Source: Candidatus Moraniibacteriota bacterium (GTDB lineage Bacteria; Patescibacteriota; Minisyncoccia; Moranbacterales; UBA1568). From it: 64,000 nt of DNA. How positions within the stretch are numbered: the first letter of the stretch is position 1; every line of letters starts with the position of its first letter. Where the stretch lies: positions 241,706 through 305,705 of the forward strand of contig CAVURJ010000002.1 in assembly GCA_963743885.1 (NCBI GenBank). Direction: 5' to 3'. Below, in pieces: positions 53,853 to 63,103 of the stretch. The position numbers and the translations under genes were made by a program. Under the pieces are notes generated by a model. The model was given only the letters and a program-made list of their open reading frames with translations. It was not told the origin of the DNA and searched no databases.

Positions 53853-56664
53853 AGTCAATGAAACACTTGGCGACTTTCTGTTTAACCAGATAGAGAGCGA
53901 CCCTGATTTTCAGCAGTGGGCGGTATATTATAGCATTCCTGAATATATTACCGACAACCTACACCCGACGAAACGCTTGCGAGAGTATCAAAAGCAGGCT
54001 TTGAAGCACTTTATCTGGCTTTATGAACACGATAGGGCGAAGGCGAAGCATCTTTTGTTCAATATGGCGACGGGAACGGGCAAAACCCTCATAATGGCGT
54101 CCGTGGTGCTATTTCTGTATGAAAATGGCTATAGGAATTTCCTCTTTCTCGTGCATCAGATACAAATCAAAGACCAAGCCGTAAAGAACTTTACGGACTA
54201 CAAGTTTGAGAAGTATCTGTTCAATCCAAAGGGTATCAAAATCAATGGGCGAAATGTGGACGTCAAAACGGTTGAGAGCGTGGCTGATGCCAATCGCAAC
54301 GCCATAAACTTTATGTTCTTCAGCACTTCACTCCTCTACAATCGCCTCAAAGAAGACCGAGAAAATGGATTGACTGCCGATGACTTCGCAAATCACGATG
54401 TCGTGATAATTGCTGACGAAGCCCATAGGCTCAATGTGGATACGCGGAGCAAAAATAAGAAAGACCAAGAAGAAATACTCAACTGGGAAACAGCCGTAAT
54501 GTCGGCTATCAAGGCTCGGGAAGAAAATATACTGTTGGAGTTTACCGCTACGGTTGATTTGGCGAATGAGGCTATCCACAGTAAGTATGAGGACAAGATT
54601 GTCCATCGCTATGATTTTCTTGAGTTCAATAAAGACGGTTATAGCAAAGACGTAAAGTTTCTCTTCAATCAAGAGGTGCATACCGAAGACCAAAAACGCT
54701 TGTTGATTATCAATGCCGTTGTTTTGAGTGAATACCGAAGGTTACTTGCCGAGCGTGAAATGGACGTGTTTATCAGTCCAATTGTGCTTATCAAGTCAGT
54801 GAAAATTGCCCAAAGTGAAGAAGACCGAAAGTTTTTTGACAGCGTGATTGGTTCTTTGCGACCAGATGATTTGAGCCGTCTCAAAGAACTCAGTAAGGGA
54901 GGGGAAAATCGTGAACACGAGATTTTGAGTGATATGTTCGACTGGCTCGCTTCTCCAAAAGCTGGACTTGTATCGCAAGGAGACTGGGATGGTTTGAAGG
55001 CATTTACCGCCGAAATACGCGGGAGCTTTGCCCACGAAAACACACTTATTTATAACAGTCAGAAAAAGGAAAAAGCGGAATTATTGCCATTATTGGATAG
55101 CCCACGAAACACTATCCGTGCCATCTTTTCAGTCAATGCGTTGAATGAGGGTTGGGATGTGCTTGGTTTGTATGACATTGTTCACTTTGATATTTCCGAA
55201 GCCAAAAAGGTATCTCTCCAAGATATTCAATTGATTGGTCGTGGTGCGAGATATTGCCCCTATGAACTGCCAAAGCTCTACAAGCAGGATGAGGACGATG
55301 GTATGTCGAGCCTGTTTTCTGGTCGCAATCTTGAGTTTGATAAATACAAGCGGAAGTTCGACAACGACCCATTCGATAAGGGACGGGTGCTGGAAACGTT
55401 CGTCTATCATTTCGTAAAGACGGGGACATTCCTTGAAAACCTTCAACGTGATTTGCTTGGTGAGGGCATTATTAGTGAGGGTATTGAAAAGAAGACTATT
55501 GCAATGAAGCAAAAGTTCCTCGAAAGCGAGACCTACAAGAAGGGATTCGTTCTTGTAAATCATACGGAGCAAAGAACTAAGACGAAAGATGATGAGATTG
55601 ATACGACATTCAAGCGTGTCATAAAGGCTGGCTCGTATAATTTACGGGCGAGGGGTCTATCGGATTTTGAACAAAACCAAATTATCGCAGGACAAAAAGT
55701 TGATGTTATTAGTATCACTGAAGAATACTTCCCACTGCCTGTCATTCGTAAAGCGTTGGTTTCTGCCGAGGGTAACTTTTTCCGTTTCAGTAATTTGAGC
55801 AAGCATATTGTCGGTATCAGCACGATTGATGAGCTCATTGAAAAATACCTGCCACTCTACAAAATCAGTTATACCTACGAAGAGGGAAAAGGCATCAGTC
55901 AGCTCAACCCGATAGAAAAGCTACAATTGTTGGTTGGCGTGATATTGCTAGAAGTGCGTAAGGCGATTGATATAAATATGCCCCGCGTAACGGGTAGCAA
56001 AAAATTCCGCCCAGTCTCATTGTCGGTTGTTTTTGGCAAGGAAAAGAATATCTATCTGATGTCGTTTCCAGTCGAAGATGCGGTTACTGGGAAGAAGGTG
56101 TTTATGAGTAACGATGAACGTGCCAAAGCACAGTCCAACCACGACAATCCAGAACTGCAATACGATATTCAGTCCGCCAATTGGTATGCCTATGATGAGA
56201 ACTACGGCACGAGCGAGGAAAAACGCTTTGTGAAGTATATAGCGAGCCAAATTGACGATTTACGTGCGAAATATCAGGGAGCGGAGATTTATCTGATACG
56301 TAACGAGCTTGATTACTGGCTCTTTAGCCCGCAAGACGGACGCAGGTTCAGTCCTGACTATATGCTGATAGTGAATGATGTCGCCAATGGTGAGATGTAT
56401 TACCAGTGTTTGATTGAGCCAAAGGGCGGGCATTTGCTCGAACACGATGCTTGGAAGGAAGAAGCCTTGATAAGCCTGAATGATGATAGCGAGGTGGTAT
56501 TTGATGCACAGGACGGTGATACCCGCAATTACCGTGAATACTTGGCAGAAATCAGTAAGCACGGCTACAAAGAAATAAAGTCGCTTGGCTTGAAGTTCTA
56601 CAATTCCGACACTCGCGGTGAAGCCGATTTCGCATTGGATTTTCAAGAAAAGTTACTATCTTAG
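53833..56664 (+). CDS. res: Type III restriction enzyme Res subunit (SF2 helicase plus endonuclease).
   Basis: Helicase motif I MATGTGKT and motif II IIADEAHRL. About 940 aa. Follows mod with overlap. Confidence 0.8.
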   Translation: MARKKTKVNETLGDFLFNQIESDPDFQQWAVYYSIPEYITDNLHPTKRLREYQKQALKHFIWLYEHDRAKAKHLLFNMATGTGKTLIMASVVLFLYENGYRNFLFLVHQIQIKDQAVKNFTDYKFEKYLFNPKGIKINGRNVDVKTVESVADANRNAINFMFFSTSLLYNRLKEDRENGLTADDFANHDVVIIADEAHRLNVDTRSKNKKDQEEILNWETAVMSAIKAREENILLEFTATVDLANEAIHSKYEDKIVHRYDFLEFNKDGYSKDVKFLFNQEVHTEDQKRLLIINAVVLSEYRRLLAEREMDVFISPIVLIKSVKIAQSEEDRKFFDSVIGSLRPDDLSRLKELSKGGENREHEILSDMFDWLASPKAGLVSQGDWDGLKAFTAEIRGSFAHENTLIYNSQKKEKAELLPLLDSPRNTIRAIFSVNALNEGWDVLGLYDIVHFDISEAKKVSLQDIQLIGRGARYCPYELPKLYKQDEDDGMSSLFSGRNLEFDKYKRKFDNDPFDKGRVLETFVYHFVKTGTFLENLQRDLLGEGIISEGIEKKTIAMKQKFLESETYKKGFVLVNHTEQRTKTKDDEIDTTFKRVIKAGSYNLRARGLSDFEQNQIIAGQKVDVISITEEYFPLPVIRKALVSAEGNFFRFSNLSKHIVGISTIDELIEKYLPLYKISYTYEEGKGISQLNPIEKLQLLVGVILLEVRKAIDINMPRVTGSKKFRPVSLSVVFGKEKNIYLMSFPVEDAVTGKKVFMSNDERAKAQSNHDNPELQYDIQSANWYAYDENYGTSEEKRFVKYIASQIDDLRAKYQGAEIYLIRNELDYWLFSPQDGRRFSPDYMLIVNDVANGEMYYQCLIEPKGGHLLEHDAWKEEALISLNDDSEVVFDAQDGDTRNYREYLAEISKHGYKEIKSLGLKFYNSDTRGEADFALDFQEKLLS

Positions 56665-56682
56665 TTATGAGGGTGTCGATAT

Positions 56683-58215
56683 ATGAAGATATTATTAGCT
56701 GGACCAGGAACTGGGAAAACAACAAATATAGGAAATATCATCAAGGGCAAAGAAAGTCTCGATGGTATTTTAGTAATCTCATTTACCAATGCCACTGTTG
56801 AAGACTTGAAAAAATCACTTTCTCAAGTAGGGTTGCCTCTGGAGAATTGTATGACACTTCATAAGCTTGCCGTGAAGTATAACCACGATAAATCAAGGCA
56901 CGTTCTTGAGGTGATGGAGGCTAATGAACTTTACAAAATATCTAAATCAACCGAAATTGGTTTCAATGAGCTGTGTGATTTTCTATCAGCCACAACTTTC
57001 GACCAAATGATTGGTCGTTTTGTTGCCTATGCGAAATCAAATCCAGAGTATCTCAAAGAAAAGCTCTCAAGATATTCCGTGTTGATAGTTGATGAGTATC
57101 AAGACTTCAACAAAAACGAACAGGAACTCATTGATTTACTTGTTGGGATAATGCCTGATACTTATATCCTTGGAGATGATGACCAGTGTATATATGACTT
57201 CAAAGATGCGGATAATGATAAAATTATCTCTCTTTACTCGGATGCTTCACACGAAAAAATTGAACACGAGCATAAATGTTACAGATGCCCCGATGTGGTT
57301 GTTGATAGTGCTACAAAACTTATAAAAAAGAATACTAAACGAGTTGATAAGAAGTGGGAAAAAAATGGTAACGTAGGAAACCTTGTTCAGAGGCAATTCG
57401 CGTCAAATACCAATACGGCGGATTACATTTTAGAAGAAGTAAAAAAAATACTCGAAGACAATGCAGATGATAAGGTTTTGATTTTGAGCCCTGTTGGTTT
57501 TCTTGTGGAAACCCTTACAAATGTATTGGATGGTTCGGGAATTGAATACAGGAACTATTTTATTGCAAAAGTAGACCCAGAACTTGTTATAAAGTCTTGG
57601 GTTTTGAGAGCTTGTTTTGGTAGGCATAAATACTTGAACCTAATGCTCATTGGATACAGAGTTCTTTCATCAAGAAAAAAATTCTACGAAACAATCAAGA
57701 AACACTATGCTTCGGGGCAGGACTTTGATGAGCTTTTCAAAGTGGTTGCAAGCAAGTTGCCAGATGAAGGGAAAAAAACTTATGATAGCGTTGCTATCGC
57801 TCTACAAGAGCCATATTTTCAGGGTCTTACTGATTTTTTCAATAACGCTGAAGGCGGGAGTGAGGATGAAAAACTGGAGAACCTGTTTGTTTTGGTAGAC
57901 GAGAATGTTGAAAAACGAGTGAATATAATGTCTATCCATAAGTCAAAGGGTCTTGGTGCAGAACACGTTTTTATGATTGGATTGGTTGAAGGTATCATCC
58001 CGAACCGTGCAAAAGGAAATGATACAATCGAGAGCCAGAGGAGACTTTTCTATGTTGGTATGACCAGAGCAAAAAAGAACCTACATCTCATCTCAAGCAT
58101 CAATTTTGAGGGTAGATACGTGAATACTGTAAACAAGGACGACTTCAGGTTTGATGTTAGGTCTCGTCTGTGGAAGGGTAAATCTTCTCGATTTATTGAG
58201 GAAATAAACGCATAG
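56683..58215 (+). CDS. Short UvrD/Rep-like SF1 helicase with no nuclease domain.
   Basis: Walker A GPGTGKTT, motif II VLIVDEYQDFN, motif V/VI SIHKSKGLGAEHVFMIG and YVGMTRAKKNLHL. Confidence 0.75.
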   Translation: MKILLAGPGTGKTTNIGNIIKGKESLDGILVISFTNATVEDLKKSLSQVGLPLENCMTLHKLAVKYNHDKSRHVLEVMEANELYKISKSTEIGFNELCDFLSATTFDQMIGRFVAYAKSNPEYLKEKLSRYSVLIVDEYQDFNKNEQELIDLLVGIMPDTYILGDDDQCIYDFKDADNDKIISLYSDASHEKIEHEHKCYRCPDVVVDSATKLIKKNTKRVDKKWEKNGNVGNLVQRQFASNTNTADYILEEVKKILEDNADDKVLILSPVGFLVETLTNVLDGSGIEYRNYFIAKVDPELVIKSWVLRACFGRHKYLNLMLIGYRVLSSRKKFYETIKKHYASGQDFDELFKVVASKLPDEGKKTYDSVAIALQEPYFQGLTDFFNNAEGGSEDEKLENLFVLVDENVEKRVNIMSIHKSKGLGAEHVFMIGLVEGIIPNRAKGNDTIESQRRLFYVGMTRAKKNLHLISSINFEGRYVNTVNKDDFRFDVRSRLWKGKSSRFIEEINA

Positions 58216-58234
58216 GGCTAATTCGGGTTAGATT

Positions 58235-58798
58235 ATGTATCATCCTATTCAACCACCAGAAGGAAGTATTGAATGGATGAAGGAGATGGTAAAGAAGAAT
58301 GAGGGGCGTGAGTTGACTGACCAAGAGGCTCACGAAGCGGCTTACAACTATCTCAACTTCTTCAATATGCTTATCTACCTGGATAAGAAGCAACACCCTA
58401 TGAAAAAACTTTACCTTGATATTGACGGGGTGCTTCTTACCAAACAGGGGGTTCCCGCCTCGCATATTGTAGAATTTCTTCAATTTGCTACGAGCCATTT
58501 TGATTGCTACTGGCTCACGACCCATTGCGATGGAGACGCAACCACCGCATTCTTGTATCTGGTAGGAAAACTTCCACCTGAAGCCGTTCCATATTTTGAA
58601 AAGATAAAGCCTACCAAATGGAAGCTCTGGAAGCCCGAGGGGATAGATTTTTCAAGCGATTTCTTCTGGCTCGATGATTACGCCTTTGATGGGGACAAGA
58701 AAGTTTTGGAAGAGCATAAGGCGTTAGAGAAGCTAATCACCGTAGACCTCAATAATAATCCAAATCAGCTACGAGACTTGGTAAATATCTTGAAATGA
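58235..58798 (+). CDS. HAD-like hydrolase candidate.
   Basis: DxDGV motif I (LYLDIDGVLLT). 20 bp downstream of the helicase gene. Confidence 0.4.
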   Translation: MYHPIQPPEGSIEWMKEMVKKNEGRELTDQEAHEAAYNYLNFFNMLIYLDKKQHPMKKLYLDIDGVLLTKQGVPASHIVEFLQFATSHFDCYWLTTHCDGDATTAFLYLVGKLPPEAVPYFEKIKPTKWKLWKPEGIDFSSDFFWLDDYAFDGDKKVLEEHKALEKLITVDLNNNPNQLRDLVNILK

Positions 58799-59793
58799 AC
58801 AAGGAGAAAAAACCGACCAAGGGAAATCACTTTCTGCCTATTACTTACTTGAGGCATTTTCTTCACGATGACAAATTGGTGATGTATAAAAAGGGAGAAA
58901 AATTCTTTACAGGGGCAAGTAAGCCCGCCGATAGAATAGTTGTTGTTTCTGGAGAGGGTGGCTTGAAGGCAATTGCCAAGCAGAACAACTTGTATACTCT
59001 CAAGGGTGTTGAAGGCGTTGAGAGTGATTTTATGGAGAAGTTTTTCGTTGATTTGATTGAAGGGGAGCTGAATTACCTTATTGAGGAAATAGATAAACTT
59101 CCATTTGGGTCTCCTATCGTAGACGAGCTAAAACAAAAAGTTTGCATCCTAATGGCTTCTATGGTGGTGAGGGTGCCTGGAGCCAAGCAAGAAACAGAGG
59201 AGCTATATACGGAATTTTTCAAAATGCACTTCCAACACGCACCAATGTCCGAAGAAGAAAAAGTCGCTATAAAGGAACAAGTGAAGAAAGAAGAGGGGAG
59301 AGAAATAAACGATAAGGATTTTGAGGATGCTATTCAAGCTTTCGCTGATGGAAAGCTCAAATTGAGTGTATCAAGCAATCATTTTGTAAAAGACATTCTT
59401 TCCAGAATTGACGATTTTGCTAACATCTTCTACGGAATGAAAATGTGCATTCTTAGGGGGGATGGAACAAATTTCTTTATTACATCAGATAATCCAGTTG
59501 CATACTTTGTGCCAAAAGATAAAGCTGATTATCACCTCAACGCCGCACGAAGTCTGATGAGTAAATATACGGAGGTCAATTTTCCGCTTACAAAAGACTA
59601 TTGTGTTGTTATGACGAGGATGGACGATATGCACGAGATGATGCTACCTACCACCCAAGAGATATTCGATAGGCTGGAAAACACCCTATCCTGCTTCTCC
59701 AAAGACTATATCTTTTCGCCTGTTCAAAAACCGATTTTGGATGATTTTGCCAATGAGTATATCCCATATCCTTTCAAGCTGGTAAGAAGATAG
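58795..59793 (+). CDS. DUF4238-like protein.
   Basis: N-terminal GNHFLPITYLRHF matches the DUF4238 NHYxPxxYLxxF signature. ATGA overlap with the upstream gene. Confidence 0.55.
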   Translation: MNKEKKPTKGNHFLPITYLRHFLHDDKLVMYKKGEKFFTGASKPADRIVVVSGEGGLKAIAKQNNLYTLKGVEGVESDFMEKFFVDLIEGELNYLIEEIDKLPFGSPIVDELKQKVCILMASMVVRVPGAKQETEELYTEFFKMHFQHAPMSEEEKVAIKEQVKKEEGREINDKDFEDAIQAFADGKLKLSVSSNHFVKDILSRIDDFANIFYGMKMCILRGDGTNFFITSDNPVAYFVPKDKADYHLNAARSLMSKYTEVNFPLTKDYCVVMTRMDDMHEMMLPTTQEIFDRLENTLSCFSKDYIFSPVQKPILDDFANEYIPYPFKLVRR

Positions 59794-59795
59794 CT

Positions 59796-59996
59796 ATGAT
59801 TTCCAATGAACATATTCAGGAGTTCAAAAGGCTCTACAAAAACCGCTTTGGGAAGGAGCTTACTGATGTCGAAGCCCGAGAGAAAGGTTCAGCTTTGGTG
59901 CGTTTTCTGAAAATCATCTACAAGCCAATGACGAAAGAGGAGTTTGATGAACTGGCGAAAAGGAACCCGTCTATACCGCTTGAGCCTGCTCAATAG
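59796..59996 (+). CDS. Small hypothetical protein (66 aa), last gene of the operon.
   Basis: Starts 3 bp after the DUF4238 stop. Confidence 0.35.
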   Translation: MISNEHIQEFKRLYKNRFGKELTDVEAREKGSALVRFLKIIYKPMTKEEFDELAKRNPSIPLEPAQ

Positions 59997-60160
59997 CCAT
60001 CCCAAGTGATTGCCACTCCTGCAATTCTCGGGTAAGATAGTTCCAATTGAGTAGGAGGTAGTCCACACTTCGACTCGCTTCGCTCGCTCAGTGTAAACAC
60101 GAAATACTGAGAAGCGAGGTGAAGTACCCTGAGCCTGTCGAAGGGCATCATAGCTCCTGT

Positions 60161-60415
60161 ATGGCTTGGTACACATATATTGCGAAAGCGAGAACCGGCC
60201 GGTACTATACCGGTATTACGAATGATCCTTGTAAAAGAATTGAGAAACACAATTCTGGAAAAGGTTCTCTCATGGCGGTTCAACAGGGGCCATTTGATCT
60301 CGTGTATGTTTCGAATGAATTTCCAGGAAAATCAGAAGCTAGAAAACGGGAAGAACAGATTAAGGGCTGGAGCAGAGAAAAGAAAGAGAAGTTGATTTTT
60401 GGTGAATGGGTATAG
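60161..60415 (+). CDS. GIY-YIG nuclease family protein.
   Basis: WYTYIAKARTGRYYTGITNDPCKRIEKHNSG is the GIY-YIG/URI signature. The ORF opens with GTG at 60119 and ATG at 60161 is the more likely start. Confidence 0.7.
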   Translation: MAWYTYIAKARTGRYYTGITNDPCKRIEKHNSGKGSLMAVQQGPFDLVYVSNEFPGKSEARKREEQIKGWSREKKEKLIFGEWV

Positions 60416-60440
60416 TCGTTAATAACGAGCAGTGAGATAT

Positions 60441-60455
60441 CTCCCCAGGTCCACA
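60441..60455 (+). repeat. attR core: direct repeat of the tRNA-Ala 3' end (tctccccaggtccac).
   Basis: 15/15 identity with 46366-46380. Confidence 0.55.
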
Positions 60456-60464
60456 CTAAAACCA

Positions 60465-60502
60465 GACTCCTCGCACTTCCCGTGTCGAGGAGTTTGTTTT
60501 TC
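60465..60502 (+). terminator. Rho-independent terminator just outside attR.
   Basis: gactcctcg...cgaggagt followed by ttgttttt. Confidence 0.6.
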
Positions 60503-60600
60503 CGGCTGATGATTGACGTGCAGCTGTTCTGGGGCTAAGATTCGGTCAGATATCTCTCGGAGATATCTTGGTGGGTTTGTGAACACTAAAACATATTTTT

Positions 60601-61146
60601 ATGAGCGCAGAGCAACGCCCGCAGACTCTTGACGAGTGTGCCGAGGAGCGGGAGAAGTTTGAGATGTTGACTGAGGCATCTCCGGATTGCATAAAGCTGT
60701 TTGATCTCGAGAATAAGCTCCTCTTCATGTCGAAGGGCGGTCTGGAAGAACACAGCTTCAAGACGATGGGGGAGGCAATCGGTTTTGATTGGACCGAGAC
60801 AGTCGTGCCGGAGCAGCGGGAAGAGATACGTCAGAAGATCAAGGAGAGCATCGAAGAGAGGAAGATCGTTTCTCTTGATGTGAAGCATCTGCCGGAATTC
60901 GCTAATCGTGAATGGTGCCATCTGCTCATATGCCCTGTATTCGATGATGCCGGGAAGGTGAAGTATTTCGTCGGTATTTCTCGCGATATTTCCGATCGCA
61001 AGCATTCCGAGGAACAGATGAAGCGATATATCGAGGAACTCGAGCTTTTCAATAAGGTGACTGTTGGGCGTGAGCTGAAGATGGCCGAATTGAAGAAAGA
61101 GAATGAGGAGCTCAAGAAAGATACGGGTGGAAAGGCTGAAGGATGA
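60601..61146 (+). CDS. PAS-domain (S-box) protein with a C-terminal coiled coil.
   Basis: PAS core (...DCIKLFDLENKLLFMSKGGLEEHSF...VGISRDISDRKHSEEQ). A palindromic operator-like site lies upstream. Confidence 0.7.
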   Translation: MSAEQRPQTLDECAEEREKFEMLTEASPDCIKLFDLENKLLFMSKGGLEEHSFKTMGEAIGFDWTETVVPEQREEIRQKIKESIEERKIVSLDVKHLPEFANREWCHLLICPVFDDAGKVKYFVGISRDISDRKHSEEQMKRYIEELELFNKVTVGRELKMAELKKENEELKKDTGGKAEG

Positions 61147-62369
61147 ATTTTTCCGATCTCAAGAATTATGAGTATACCCTCCCGCCGGAATTGATCCGGA
61201 AGGAGGGGGTGGAGCCGCGAGACAGCGCGCGCCTGTTTGTTTATGACACGCGGACGGATACCGTGACATTTGATACGTTCGCTCATATAGCACAGTATCT
61301 GCCGGAGCGATCGCTTCTGACGCTCAACGATACCAAAGTACTGCCGGCGCGGCTCTGGCTCAAGAAGGAGACCGGCGGCAAGATCGAAGTCTTCGTGTTG
61401 GCTAATGAGATTAGTCAGTCACCACCTCCCCTTTCCAAGGGGAGGGTAGGGAGGGGTGAGAGTGAGAGTATCAAGAACCCCTCAGTCTCGCAGACTCGAC
61501 AGCTCCCCTTGGAAAGGGGGGCGAGAGAGATAGTTCCGGCTTTGGTCGATCGGAAGACCGAGGTCGGGCAGAAGCTCATCTTCCCGACGGGGGAATATTT
61601 CGAAGTGGTTGGACAAGAAGAGAATGTCTTCTTCCTCGAGCTGTTCACGTACGCGGACCGTACGCTTCCGCTTCTGCTTGATCTCTTTGGCGAGACACCG
61701 CTCCCGCACTATCTTGAAGGAGCAGAGACGCCAGAGGATACCTTGCGCAAGCGGTATCAGACGGTCTTCGCAGCCGCTGGGGCATCGGTCGCGGCGCCGA
61801 CGGCCTCGCTTCACTTCACTGAGGCCGTGTTTGAGTCTCTGGATGAGAAGGGGATTGAGACGGCGCGGCTCACGCTCAATGTGGGCCTCGGGACCTTCGC
61901 TCCGCTCCGTGAGGAGAGCTTCGTGACGGGTAGGCTCCATGCAGAATACGTCTCGGTCTCGGAAGAGACGGCTGAGCGGATCAATGCGGCAAAGAGCGAG
62001 GAGAGAGGTATCGTCGCGGTCGGCACGACGGTGGCTCGGACGCTCGAGTCGGTCGCATCAAAGTCTTACAACTTAAGCAATTGCTCAAATTGTAAGACTG
62101 ATGGTGGCAAGGATGACGGAGCAGAGATGCTAGGAAAAATGATGGCCTATGCTGGCAAGACGGATATCTTCATCTACCCACCGTATAAGTTCCAGGTAGT
62201 CGATCATCTCATTACGAATTTTCATTTGCCAGAGACGTCGCTCATGCTTCTGGTGGATGCCTTCCTCGCGCACAAGGGTGCCAAGCGCCGCATCATGGAC
62301 CTCTACTCTATCGCCATCAAGGAGCAGTTCGCCTTCTATTCTTTCGGTGATAGCATGCTGATTTTGTAG
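61143..62369 (+). CDS. queA: S-adenosylmethionine:tRNA ribosyltransferase-isomerase QueA, carrying in-frame insertions.
   Basis: TLPPELI, NDTKVLPARL, GGKIEVFVL, GTTVARTLES, VTNFHLPETSLMLLV and FFSYGDSMLI motifs. Carries extra segments at about 61405-61545 and 62058-62130 relative to QueA as I remember it. Confidence 0.85.
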   Translation: MNFSDLKNYEYTLPPELIRKEGVEPRDSARLFVYDTRTDTVTFDTFAHIAQYLPERSLLTLNDTKVLPARLWLKKETGGKIEVFVLANEISQSPPPLSKGRVGRGESESIKNPSVSQTRQLPLERGAREIVPALVDRKTEVGQKLIFPTGEYFEVVGQEENVFFLELFTYADRTLPLLLDLFGETPLPHYLEGAETPEDTLRKRYQTVFAAAGASVAAPTASLHFTEAVFESLDEKGIETARLTLNVGLGTFAPLREESFVTGRLHAEYVSVSEETAERINAAKSEERGIVAVGTTVARTLESVASKSYNLSNCSNCKTDGGKDDGAEMLGKMMAYAGKTDIFIYPPYKFQVVDHLITNFHLPETSLMLLVDAFLAHKGAKRRIMDLYSIAIKEQFAFYSFGDSMLIL

Positions 62370-62453
62370 GGTTGACAAAAATATTGTTTTATGACATCAT
62401 GACCAATCAGTTCTTTTTCACAATGTTGTTCCCAGACAAAGGAGGAAGCAAAG

Positions 62454-63056
62454 ATGGTAAGCCCTTCCAGAAAACACCAGGCTGTTACTGCTGATCCGGA
62501 AAAGTGGTTGGTGTTCCAGAAAAGCCTGTTTGATTTGCTCAAGCGGGCCGATGCTACCGTGACCGATACGGGTGATCTCGTGTTGGGTTCGGCGCTTGCC
62601 GATATGCTTTCAGATCAAGAATCCGCTCGAGTGTTCGTCAATCCGCTTGTCGATATCTACAAGGCATACGATCGCAAGGTCGATACCGTCATCGGTTTCG
62701 GCGAATCCGGTACTGTTTTCGCACAGCTGGTCGCTCAAGAGTTCAGGGACTTCTACAAAGGGAGGCACCAAGTGACTCCTCTTGTGTTCAAGAGTATCGA
62801 TCTCAAGAAGCGTAAGGCAGAATTTGTGGGTGGCAGTTGCAATTTTCTTCGTAATCGCCGCACGCTCTTCGTGACCCCGGTGCTCAATCCGTCGATGTGG
62901 CCGCTTTTCCAGATCGGCGCTACGGCCGTCAAAGATGGCCATAACATTGGTAGCGTATTCGGTATTGCGACGATCATCCAGTATGGTCGGCGTCCGCCGG
63001 GCATCCTGATCGGATGCGAGGTCGAATCGCTCATGGATATGCAGTTTCCGATGTGA
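62454..63056 (+). CDS. Hypothetical protein, possibly a phosphoribosyltransferase-like fold.
   Basis: RBS aaggagg before ATG at 62454. Weak PRTase-like VDTVIGFGESGTVFAQLVA. Confidence 0.35.
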   Translation: MVSPSRKHQAVTADPEKWLVFQKSLFDLLKRADATVTDTGDLVLGSALADMLSDQESARVFVNPLVDIYKAYDRKVDTVIGFGESGTVFAQLVAQEFRDFYKGRHQVTPLVFKSIDLKKRKAEFVGGSCNFLRNRRTLFVTPVLNPSMWPLFQIGATAVKDGHNIGSVFGIATIIQYGRRPPGILIGCEVESLMDMQFPM

Positions 63057-63067
63057 CAAGACAGTGT

Positions 63068-63103
63068 TCCCGTACCAGTATCATTGGTACGGGGATTTTT
63101 TTA
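63068..63103 (+). terminator. Rho-independent terminator.
   Basis: cccgtacc...ggtacggg followed by gattttttt. Confidence 0.7.

Larger units (their letters stand above)
46381..60440. mobile_element. Integrated genomic island / integrative element inserted at the 3' end of tRNA-Ala. The att core TCTCCCCAGGTCCAC is repeated at 46366-46380 and 60441-60455.
   Basis: 15-bp direct repeat of the tRNA 3' end. A serine recombinase gene abuts the tRNA. The region is visibly more AT-rich than the flanks. Cargo is a tyrosine integrase with Xis, DUF5659, a Type III R-M pair, a UvrD-like helicase, DUF4238 and GIY-YIG. Confidence 0.6.
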
